Assembly: GCA_965153355.1 (NCBI GenBank)
Contig: OZ231126.1
Location: 47,244,001 to 47,308,000 of the forward strand
Source: Flaccisagitta enflata
Taxonomy: Eukaryota
Direction of reading: 5' to 3'
DNA: 64,000 bases
The notes beneath the pieces are model-generated. The model did not search any database. It saw only the letters and a list, made by a program, of their open reading frames with translations, and was not told the origin of the DNA. Positions 13,801 to 25,300 of the stretch are shown piece after piece. A program made the position numbers and the translations under genes. The first letter of the stretch is position 1. Each line of letters opens with the position of its first letter.

Positions 13801-16800
13801 TCTGATGAATGTGTAAGCTTCTGTCACTTATTTTTGCCGACGTGATAAAACGGGTATGAAAATTTATTTGGACTTTTTTTAAAGAAGATATTTTCAAGGA
13901 TTTTTAGGTGCGACAAAGCACCTCTTTAACTGGCTCTGTCCAGTGGTCGTTTGGTTGGTTGGTCGGTCGGGTAACACTCGTTTGACGATCCACACATCGC
14001 ACCTTATTGGCCTTGTTGAAAAATCTTTCAATTTAGACTAATCCCAGTTCTGTACCTCTAATGGTTTAGAAGCTAAAGCCCACCTAAGAGAAGCACTGAT
14101 TTGCTAAAATGCATTTTTATAAAAGGATTGCAAAACTGAAATGGGCAATGTTTTTACTCTGTGTAAGCAAAAGTCGGAGTGGGAAAACTAGCGTTAAAAA
14201 ATTATGCTTTTTGTAATTGAGCATGCCGATGGGGGGGGGGGGGATGGGGGCGCATGAGGTGTGGATGGGGAAAGGCATGTCTGCATTGAATTTTTATCGC
14301 AAATTTCGTGAAATTATTATGAATTTTTTTTTTTTCTACAGTTTTAAAAGGTTGATTGATACATTTAAAGTAGATAATAGTACTGTTCTTGTTATTAAGC
14401 CAGTTGCCAAAACATTCGGGATAATTTGGAGGAATAATGAAATCATTTGTGGGAATCCGAAACAACAGAAAAAATGTATTATTTGTCCGAAATATTTCGG
14501 ACATCCGAAAATTCCCTCCATGCCTAATTTTAATTCCCATGGCTTTGTCTTTCCTCAATGCTTGCCCCCGTTATCTTAAGTCTAGATGAGATATACTGCA
14601 CTAAAACAACAAACATGATTAGTACAACACAATTCAACACTGCAGAGCACAACTAATTTAATAACCCTTAAGGGACTGGAATTTTGGCCATAAAATCTGC
14701 ATGTTGTTAATGTTAATGTTAATGTTAAATCAAATTTCAATTTTTTAAATCTATTTAGAACACATAGTAGAAAAAAGCCTACACAGTCTAAAATCTAAGC
14801 CATTGGCCAACTCTAAAAATAGGTAAAAAGACTGACAGAAACACTAAGACTCAATATAACATACAAGAAAGCAGTATCAGATTTGGAAATACAGGATTTA
14901 AACCTTTGATCCTTAGGAAAACTAGCGGTAATGTAAAAACCGCCCGTAAACAAAAAAAGCTACAGTACATTCCGAGTGAAACAGTCTATAACTGGAGGAT
15001 GAATTTTAGTCGCGGACATGCAACTACACCTTGCTTTGTCGGTCGGTATGTCTTTCAAATTTCAAGCGGTTTTCACATTACTGCTCCTGCCCAATCATGC
15101 GCAACTGGATAGCTGTATATCCAGCTTTGTTTTATTTTAATCTTTTTTTTCTTGCTATATAACTGGTATTTACCTTAGTTAAAGAACATTGTACATCTTA
15201 TACATATATGGTCATCCAAAAAAAAATCACGAAATCTAAGTCCATGCAAAAACATTTCAGAAATTTCTAACCCAGACTATTAAGTTCAAAGGAAAATTTT
15301 TATATAATTTTAAAAAAAATCCGACAATTTTCACAGTTTTCACAGCTAATAGGACAATTGTCTCAAAAAAATTTTAAACAATTGTTAAAAAAACTTAAAG
15401 TACACCCTGATTTTATTCTTTTTATATTTGGAATTACAATGATCTACGATCGATTCTTGCCTTTTCTCCAAAATTTTCGTTTATGATCTCATGAACGGGC
15501 ATATCGCTCATTTCTTCATTGAGTTTTTAGGGCAGGATTGATTTCTTAGCTGCTACGTCATACTTTTCTATAGCGCAGTTGGTTGGTCAGTTGGTCAGTT
15601 GGTTGGTCCGTCACAAAAATGTTTGACAATCTTCACAGAACACCTATTGGTCTATATGGCCTTGACCATGTTTAAAAGCGTTTTCTCATTCTTATCAACC
15701 GATTTCAATCAGCGTAATTTTAGATACATCCTTGCTCCTCTATGAGACATGTCCGTCTGTTGGTTGGTTGGTCGGTAAGTCACACAAACATCCAACTCCC
15801 AAAATCTGAGGTTCTGTCCACAGAAAAGCAGTAATTCTTTCGTACATTTGACCATTCATTCATTCGTTCATTCGTTCATTAGTTCATTCATTCATTAGTT
15901 CATTCATTCATAAAATCGTTTATTCATAAGAAACGCTCATAAAATGAAAAAAAAAAAAGTTACAAAGGAAAAAAGATTGATTTTTCCGTTTTGAATTCGA
16001 TTCTCTCAAATCTCGATAAGTAAATGCTGTAACATAGGATTTTTAATAAACAAAAATTCCGTTTCCAAACGAAAAATGGATTGTAATTCGCACTCGATTC
16101 ACGGTGAGTAGCCGTAAAACCTAAGAAAATAATCCGATTGAACTGATTTTTTCAGATTTTGTAAAATTTTCCACTGAATCTAATGGTTTGGGTTATAACA
16201 CTAATGATAACACTCTGATGTCGCCATGGACTTTGATTTCAATAATTATTTTTTTCATAACCAAATATATCCAAAAAATAAAATATCCTTGAACTTATTT
16301 AAATACTAAATATAAAGTCAAAGAAATAAATTAAAGTAACAAAAATTCATCTGCCAGTTTTAGTCGGGTTTGCTCGGAATGTACTGTAAGTGTTATTGAC
16401 CGGCGCGACTGCCATATGGACCAACGGGCCAACAGACAGCGTTTTACAGAGCAGCCTTTCTTTCAGAGTAACTTGCCTGTTACTTTATCAGCCAGGACAC
16501 TTTGAACACAACTCTTGATATTGCATAGCAACGAGTAAATTTGAATTTTTGCGACTCAAGTAGCTGGCCTGGTTTTACACAATGCACAATTTTCGTGATT
16601 AAGAACACTTCAAGCTCACTCATGGCTCTTAGAAATAGAGTTTTGCCTTAGAAAAACAATGCCAAGTAGGCCAACGATGCTTCCTCCTTGAATGATTGTT
16701 TTATGTATGTTTTTTATGAATGACTGTTTTTTTCATGAATGAATATTTTTTTTATGAATGAATGTTATTTAATAAATGAATGTAATTTTATAAATGAATA

Positions 16801-17386
16801 TTTTATATGAATGAATAAATTATTTAATGTAAGCTTCTCTTACTGGGTTGGTACAACTTTCACTTGTCTGTTAATAAGACAAGATTCTGGTGTGTTTTTA
16901 GGTGCGACAAAGCACCTCTATAACTAGCTGTGTCCGTCTGTCGGTTTGTCGGGTAACGCATTCGTTCGACGATCCATACGTCGCACCTTATTGGCCTACT
17001 TGGCCTTGTTATGAATGCATTACCGACTGACTTTTGGACAGCCTATTGTAGAGAGGCGAGGACGCATCTAAAAATCTTTTTTTGCGCAGACAGAAGATCT
17101 CCAGGCAGCGGTGGGAGCGACAAAAACATCGAACTCCGTCCAGCCAGACTCTTCAGAGGGTGGATACTACGATTTGGGAAGAGAGCCCAACAAAGTCTGG
17201 ATACAATCCCCGATGATTCTCAATGGCGTGTGCGTAAAATGGCGCGGATACATCGACATTAACCAACTAGAAGGATGTGGAAAGTTCGACTACGACGAAG
17301 CAAGGGGATCGGTTGAGGCCGAGGCACTTCGGCTTAGTATGGGAAAATCTATGAGGAAAACGAGTGAAGGCGCACTGGAAGCATGA
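10826..17386 (+). CDS. CBFB: Core-binding factor subunit beta (Runx partner; Brother/Big brother family), 166 aa
   Basis: Exons 10826-10849 (MPRVVQNQ), 10972-11151 (QSHFKNDDFFKKISRESEVRYTAHKELRHEERVKLF...TGTSIKLT) and 17090-17386 (...DLGREPNKVWIQSPMILNGVCVKWRGYIDINQLEGCGKFDYDE...), all GT-AG phase 0. MPRVV, SRExExxYT and PMILNGVCVxWxGxID are CBF-beta hallmarks. Confidence 0.95.
11594..14598. mobile_element. TA-MITE of the 9497 family, split by a hAT-like insertion
   Basis: Left part TA|CAGTAGATATCGTCTAGACTT at 11594-~11990; the right end CCCCCGTTATCTTAAGTCTAGATGAGATATACTG resumes at ~14535-14598. Confidence 0.7.
11995..14526. mobile_element. Non-autonomous hAT-like element, ~2.5 kb, containing further insertions
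   Basis: Termini TAGGCATG...CATGCCTA with 8-bp TSD ATTTTAAT at 11987-11994 and 14527-14534. Inside are a TA-MITE (~12918-13090) and HINEs (~13270-13418, ~13905-14018). No transposase ORF seen. Confidence 0.75.
14963..16386. mobile_element. TA-flanked TIR element (Tc1/mariner-type, non-autonomous) with nested HINEs
   Basis: TA|CAGTACATTCCGAGTGAAAC ... GTTTGCTCGGAATGTACTG|TA. Confidence 0.72.
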
Positions 17387-17991
17387 ATACATTGTTTTAA
17401 GTCGCTTGCTAAGCAACTATATAAGAGTGTCCGTAGGTAGGTCCGTTATGTGAAACTTAGAATGACACAAAATCGGTTGAAATAGTGATTCTGAGCATTA
17501 CTACCTAGGCTGTTTGGCCATATCACGCCCCTGCCAACCTGTATTATTGCCCTTGCCCACATGCAAGCTATTGGCCGAAGTATTCGGTCTTGTTTCGCAA
17601 CCAAACATGATCTCTACTAACGTGAAAAAGAATTAAATGCTCTCGTGTTGTTCACTTTCTAGTTTTCATATGAGTGAGGCATTCGGGTGTGTCAATATGC
17701 AAAAGGTCTTCTGATCAGCTCATCATCATCAGGGAGTATAAAGTCACTAATTACAAGACACTTACCATTTTTATTTTTTTCAATTTCAGTCATCTTCCGT
17801 TTTTTTAGCGCATGTAAAGATTGTCAAAAATATATGTACTTTTAGCAACTGTACCCAGTTTTGTTGAAAATGAGACTGATATATCATTTAGAAAATCATA
17901 TTTTTTCTTTTACTAAGTCTTCTTGTATAAAAGCAGAAGATTTTCACTAATTTTTCAAAGTATTAGGAATAAGAAAACCAATGGGTTTTGA

Positions 17992-18597
17992 TTTTTAGTC
18001 GCGTGAACGCGACTCTAGAAGCCGCTATGTCGGTCGGTCGGTCGGTCGGTCGGTCGGTCGGTCGGTAACGTAACATTTTTGAAATAAAGCTTAAATCTTC
18101 ATTTTAAAGGTATTTTAGTGTACATAAGGGTACCTAAGGGTACTTTAGGGTACTTTGGGGTACTTTGGGGTACTTAAGGTACTTAAGGGCACTTTAGGGT
18201 ACATTAGGTACTAAAGGGTACTTTAGGGTACTAAAGGGTACTGTAGGGTACTTAAGGGTACCTTAGGTACTTAAGGGTACTTGAGAATACTTTAGGTACT
18301 TAAGGGTACTTTAAGTGCTTCAACTTAAACTGAGGAACTTAAGGGTACCTAATGGTTCTTTAGAATAATTTAGGTACTTAAGGGTACTTTAGGGTACTTA
18401 AGGTACTTAAGGGTAATTGAGGGTACTTAAGGGTATTCAGGAATACTTTAGGTACTTAAGGGTACTTAAGGGTACTTATAGGAAGATACTGGTACTTACA
18501 GTTATCTTCATTATCTTTATTACCTTAATTACCTTAATTACCTTTTTTACCTTTATTACCCTTATTACCACGCGACTAAGGTTTGTTGACCTTGTTT
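17992..18597 (+). mobile_element. HINE with (GTCG)n and an expanded AAGGGTACTT-type minisatellite
   Basis: TTTTTAGTCGCGTGAACGCGACT 5' hairpin, (GTCG)n, ~400 bp of degenerate 9-10-bp GGGTACTT units, then CACGCGACT...GACCTTGTTTT. Confidence 0.8.
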
Positions 18598-19130
18598 TCC
18601 TTATCATCAATAATCCAGGTGCAAAACCAGCTGCACTACAATATACAAATTAGGGGCTAAATAGGGATTTAGAAAAAACGGAAGATGAATGAAATATGAA
18701 AAAAGAAAAATGGTAAGTGTCTTAGAATTAATGTCCCAACACTCCCTGATGATGATGATCTGATCGGAAAACCTTTTGCATATTGACACACCCGAGTGAG
18801 GCATCTTCAATGTAGATTAGTTGTGAATGAGATTGGTCTTAGTGATAAGATAGACTTGAATTAAAATCACAATTGAAAACATTGTGCTTGTAGTTACAGT
18901 AGAACAAAATCCTCAGGCTGAGGGTATAAAGTGTATGCAAATGCTTATTGATAGTTTTATTAGTCCACCTATAAATCAGCGGATGCAACAAAAAGATCAG
19001 AAAAGAGAAAGAAAGAGCGAAAGAAAGAGCGAAAGAAGAGAAAGGAAGAGAGTGCGTGAGTGAGAAAGAAAGTCAGAAAGTGAGTGAGTGAGTGAGTGAG
19101 TGAGTGAGTGAGTGAGTGAAAGATAGAAAT

Positions 19131-20712
19131 TTCGTGTCGCGTGCGACACGACTCTACAACCCACAATGTCAGTTCATCGGTTGGTTGGTCGGTTGGTCGG
19201 TTGGTTAGTCCCCTTTTTGGGCAGCAGCCCCAAAGAGGTCAATGACCTATGCTTTCACACATATGGCGGATTACCTCCTCCTCCTCCTCCTACGTCCCCC
19301 CCCCTCCAATCCCAGTCCCGAGGCCTAAATCCCAGCCTCAAGGCCCAAATCCCAGCCTCAAGGCCCAAATCCTAGCCTCAAGGCCTAAATCCTAGCCTGG
19401 AGGCCCAGATTTCAGCCGTGAAGCCCAATTTGCAGCCTCAAGGTCAAAATCTCAGCCAAGAGGCCCAGATCCTGGCCTTGAGGCCCAAATCTCAGCCTCC
19501 AGGCTAGGATTTGGGCCTTGAGGCTAGGATTTGGGCCTTGAGGCTGGGATTTGGGCCTTGAGGCTGGGATTTGGGCCTTGAGGCTGGGATTTGGGCCTTG
19601 AGGCTGGGATTTGGGCCTTGAGGCTGGGATTTGGGCCTGAGGCTGGGATTTGGGCCTTGAGGCTGGGATTTAGCCTTGAGGCTGGGATTTGGGCCTTGAG
19701 GCTGGGATTTGAGCCTTGAGGCTGGGATTTGGGCCTTGAGGCTGGGATTTGGGCCTTGAGGCTGGGATTTGGGCCTTGAGGCTGGGATTTGGGCCTTGAG
19801 GCTGGGATTTGGGCCTTGAGGCTGGGATTTGGGCCTTGAGGCTGGGATTTGGGCCTTGAGGCTGGGATTTGGGCCTTGAGGCTGGGATTTGGGCCTTGAG
19901 GCTGGGATTTGGGCCTTGAGGCTGGGATTTGGGCCTTGAGGCTGGGATTTGGGCCTTGAGGCTGGGATTTGGGCCTTGAGGCTGGGATTTGGGCCTTGAG
20001 GCTGGGATTTGGGCCTTGAGGCTGGGATTTGGGCCTTGAGGCTGGGATTTGGGCCGTGAGGCTGGGATTTGGGCCGTGAGGCTGGGATTTGGGCCGTGAG
20101 GCTGGGATTTGGGCCTTGAGGCTGGGATTTGGGCCTCGAGGCTGGGATTTGGGCCTCGAGGCTGGGATTTGGGCCTCGAGGCTGGGATTTGGGCCTCGAG
20201 GCTGGGATTTGGGCCTCGAGGCTGGGATTTGGGCCTCGAGGCTGGGATTTGGGCCTCGAGGCTGGGATTTGGGCCTCAAGGCTGGGATTTGGGCCTCGAG
20301 GCTGGGATTTGGGCCTCGAGGCTGGGATTTGGGCCTCGAGGCTGGGATTTGGGCCTCGAGGCTGGAAGATGGGCCTCGAGACTGGAATTTGGGCCTCAAG
20401 ACTGGAATTTGGGCCTTAAGACTGGGATTTGAGGGGGAGGGACGGAGGAGGAGGAGGAGAAAATCCCCCATATGTGTGAAAGCATAGGTCATCGACCCCT
20501 TTGGGGCCGCTGCCCTCCTCCCCCTCAACTTCAACCACAACAAAGGCAGGGCACGGGTAACGCTGATCATCTAACGCTTTTGCGACTTACTTTTTTGGCG
20601 TTCTTGAGCTGTTTGAGCCCACTGCTCCTGCTCAAATGCTCTGGTGACCTTCTCCAGCACTGCTCTTGCCCACCCGCACGCAACTGGGGTAGCCGTGTAT
20701 CCAGCCCTGTTT
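19131..20712 (+). mobile_element. HINE family A with a nested family D element (19213-20595) carrying a ~0.9-kb 20-bp tandem array
   Basis: The outer 5' hairpin, microsatellite and 3' GCACGCAACTGGGGTAGCCGTGTATCCAGCCCTGTT enclose an element with inverted ends. The array (GCTGGGATTTGGGCCTTGAG)n spans ~19500-20420. Confidence 0.82.
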
Positions 20713-22399
20713 ATTCTAAACCTGTTTTTGACAGCCAATTCTATTCACAAAATCTTTTGGATATCGTTACAGACAAATTTGCAAGAGAAAGGATAGCACA
20801 GTTAAACTATCACAACTAACATTTTTAGTCGTGTGCAAGTGACTACACCCCGCTTTGTCTGTCCTTCCATCCATTAATCTGTCAATTTGTCATAATTTTT
20901 TTAATCAATTTCATTCCTTTAAGTCATTTTAGATCATTTAAGAATATACTAAGTCATTGTAAATTATTCTAAATGTAAGTTACGCACGCAACTTATTGGT
21001 GATGGCCTTGTTTTTCTCATAGACTCAGTCAAAAAAGGATATTTTGCACTGATTTTTTTTGCGATCCAAAAAAGTTATCGCCATGTGATTAAACAGGTTT
21101 TTAAGTAGAGGTCACGCAACTACGCATTGCTAAATCGGTCCGTTAGTCCGTAAGTTAGTACGCCCAAAATATTGAATTAAAGTATCTTTTGTCGTTTTTT
21201 CGTGTTTTTTCGTGTTTTCGTGTCATTGTATGAAGGCGTGAAATACTTTTGTGCTGTAGTTTTGTAGTACTGTAGTGCTGCCCCTGCCCAGCCGTCCGCG
21301 ACATTGTCCTGTGTTGGGTTTGTTTCAATTTGTTTTATGATACACATTTTTTTAAGTTGAAAAATAAGAGGTGGCAGCCCCTAAAATTTTTGCTAGAATA
21401 CACAGCTACTGTCAGTCCTATGGCTGGCCTAGCCGTGACCAATAGAGGCTCTATTAGAGCATAGCTTAGGTAAACTGGACAGACAAGGTGACGGTATACT
21501 GTTCTTGGTTTGATGAAACATTTTTCGTTGACAATGGCCTATGGGAATGGCCAATTCGAAATATCTCTGATGAGACTGCATTAGCAGGGACAACACCGAC
21601 AAGCACTAGAGATGCCTTTAATACTCACATATGAGATCCTCGAGTGGAATTAGAGAGAAAAAAGGCGAGGAGGGAATTAGAAAAAAATCCTTGGCTGTCG
21701 AATCATACCCATTTCATCAAATGGAGGTATTTGAGACGGTCAACAGGCACACGAGCGTTATTAGAGTTTGGATGAAAAAAAAGATCTGAGATAGTTTTGT
21801 CTCCAAAAGAAAATTTGATGGATAAACTATCAGACTACGATTATGCCTAAAAATAATCTTAAGATTAGCGTAGACTAAGAGAAACTATGAAGTACACGCA
21901 TACTCATTTGTAGTTTTGTTTCGTCACCGAATGAGCGGCAAAATCAGACACTAACATCAAATATACAGAATAAAACATCAAATATACAGCCGGCCTACTT
22001 TTACACTTTGGTAATTGAGATGTTTACTGTTATATCAAAATCCAATGTTCATCAGTGCACATATACCAAGTACACAGTCAGGAGGGAGCCACGGGCCACC
22101 AGGGTAGCGAAGGATTGCAAACCCGATTTTTTGTAAGAATCGGTCGAGTGGTCAAATGGCAGAAAAAGCACGTCGAAGACAAATCCTCGGAAGGAGAAAG
22201 AGAGAGAAAAAAAAAAGATTCCCTCTTTTGCCAATTCTTGGCAAAGAATTCTCGCTCCAGTAAATTCACGGGAATTGTAATTTCGATTGTGAATACACAC
22301 ATGTGACGCCAAAAACTGGGAATATTCTAGACAATGACAGCGGAGCCCAAATGACAGACGATATTCTCCATCAAGAATATCATCATTTTCATCGGAATA

Positions 22400-25300
22400 A
22401 TGCGACTTCCTCCGACAACTAACGCGCTGAAACATTTCCTCAAGTCGGATTTAACCAGTATTCTCGCGATACTCAGCATTGGCCTGACTTTAACTTATTC
22501 AAATAGTGAGTATGATCATATGAGACCAATAAAAATCGTATGATCTCGTGCATTGGAACGATTTCGTTAAGCGATTTTATGATATGGTTCTAAGATGCTC
22601 ATTAAAACTTGCTAATTGTCGGTTGGTTGGTCCGTCCGTCACGGCATTCTCAACCCCAGTAAATGATTTTTTTTATCACTGCGACTGCGAGATAAGTTTA
22701 TTAAATTCCTGCTCCTACCTAAATTGTGCGATGTGCGTGACTGTCCGGGCTTATTTCCACAGGCCTGTATATTCTTGAGGGGGGGGGGGGGAAAAATCAA
22801 AGGGTCTGGAGATGGGGAAGGAAATCTAAGGGGGAAAAAAGAGAAAATAAGGAAATTTGGGGAAAATATAACTTTTTACAGTATCAAATCATAAAACTCA
22901 ACTAGTAGAACACAATTTAACACTATTTAAACCTTAACTACATAGTTTTATTGCTATATGGGGAAGAAAATCATGGATATAAAAACGCGACGCGACGCGT
23001 CGCGGGGAAGAAAATCAAAGGCAGGGGGGGGGGGGAAAAATCAAAAGCGACTCAAGAATATACACCCCTGTATTTCCATGCAAATCGATCCATACCATAG
23101 GAACAGCAGCGTTTGTTTGTTGCAGGCTATTCTTACTCGAGCTACGCCAGCTATGGGGATTCGTACAATTCTCCCAAATATCGCCACAAATCATATTCGA
23201 GATCTGTCATGGATTATGATTACGACGACCGATATCGTCACCATCATCACACGACTCCACCACCCCCCGCAACCAACGTGACGTTTGATTGCACCAAAGT
23301 AAGCAGTAAAATCAAGTTCTGAAGAGAGAACAAGGCCGGATACACGGCTACCCCAGTCGCGTGCGGGTGGGCAGGGGCCGTAATTGTGGTCAACAGATCA
23401 TTTGGGCAGGAGCAGTGAAGCCAAAAATCCCAAAAACCCAAAAAAAGTAAAATGTGATGGACGGACCGACGGACCGACGGACGGACCGATAAAGCGGGGT
23501 GTAGAGTCGCGTAGCACGCGACTAATAAGCGAAGGTCCATGCCAAAACTTAAGTCTGAGAAACGTTTACACATTTGGCCCAGTAAAAGATAAGCAAATAT
23601 GTAGATAAAGAATTTTAAAATCTTGCGAGTCTTTCAGTATCTTTGCGAGATTTGGCGCAACCCATATGGTTGAACAAACATTACATCACCCTTATAAAAG
23701 CCAAACGTGGATTGTATGCATTACGGCGTCTGCAATAAAGATCCATACGATGAAAATTTTGGACAATGCTTCGCGTGCTTACATGGAGAGTATGGGGGTT
23801 ACGACTGTGGTCTTCCACTCCCTTACGAACCTTGCACTCACTCCAACAACAAAACGTGCCTTAATGATGGCACATGTTATTTGTGGTAAGTTCCAGAGAC
23901 ACCGATGATATGGTACAGGCCTTCCAGCCTTTGATGTAGTCCAGTTTTGAAAAGAAGGCCCAGTAGGCCAACGATGCATTTTCAGGAATGAATATTTTTC
24001 TAAAATAATTTTTTTTAAATAAATGTTTATGAATGAATAAATGAATGATTTGATGAATGAAATATTTAATGCGACTAATGTACCATCACTACTTTTACTA
24101 AAATACGTATGACTGATGCTTTTCATAAATGCGTTACCATCAGACCAACAGATGAACATTGCCAATTGTAAAGATGCGAGGACGCATCTTAAGAATCAGA
24201 ACTAAGAATGACTTTTCTACAACAGGCACCACAAACCCAACTGCTACTGCACCGAACTCTTCTATGGACCCAACTGTCAGTTCAGTAGAGGTAAAACCGA
24301 GAGCAAGCACATTCTAAAAGAATATTCCACTTCATGGTGACAACGCAGGAAGTTGTAAAATTCTTCAATTGTAGTTGGACGTGTTTGCCTCCGCCCAAAT
24401 GCTCGTGAATTTAAACCCCATCAAGCTCAAGTAAATTCAATTTCATACTCCTTAGGAGACGTAGAATGCAATGGAAACAACGCGACAATTAGGGTGAATC
24501 CTCACGGAAGAACTCACAAAAAGAAGGCGAGTTAGAGCAACCCAACTCGCTTGGAAACATAACGCATGTCGCGGACGGGTGGGCAGGGGCACTGATAAGT
24601 GATTGGGTAGGAGCAGTAACGCAAAAAGGTAGCGACATTCGATCGAGATCAACAAGAATGGCCATTGGCCAAATGGGAGCTCTAGAAACGTTATTCACGC
24701 CACGTGTTACATGCAATGGATTAAATGTGTAACAAATTATTCCGTGATTACCATTCCATCTAACCAACAACCAGGTTTTCATCCTGGGACAAGAAACCAA
24801 TCCAGACTGTGTATTTTCCAATGAAAGATACCGACTGGATCCTTTGACCAACTATACGATCCATGTGGATGAATTCAAGGAGCTCAACATTGACCTATCG
24901 ACCGACGTCTGCGGAAATGTCACTTTGACGGTAACAAAAGCGATAAAAGAGCGATGCAATAATGCCCGCAAAAAGTTCTCACAAAAAAACAAAGATTTCA
25001 ATGTTTCTCGTTCTTCTCTTTCTCGAGTAAGAAAACGAGACTAAAAGATTTGAAAAAGGTGAATTTGCGGTTGGTGAAGTTTACTCAAGATCTTTTCGTG
25101 ACGAGAAGAAGACAAGCAATATCATTTTGCTGTACGGCGGCGACCAGGATGCAATAATTTCAAACCAATATTCTGGTCATCAGAAAGGTCAAACTGAAAA
25201 GCCGATTAAAGGCGCTTCAGTCGTCTGAAGATTGATCAATAGTCCGACTCTCCTACCGAACCTCTAATTCCTTGCCACGCACTAAAGTCGTAACCTACTC

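Noticed and set aside
19524-20570. 348-aa ORF of repeating PASRPKSQPQGPNPSLKAQI units, and the antisense ORFs
   Set aside because: Translation of a stop-free 20-bp tandem array inside a non-autonomous element; open in several frames, with no gene context.
21470-21775. Coding-looking frame (VNWTDKVTVYCSWFDETFF...) with one internal TGA
   Set aside because: No family recognised, no linked exons and no SECIS evidence; cannot distinguish a gene relic from chance without a TBLASTN/HHpred search.
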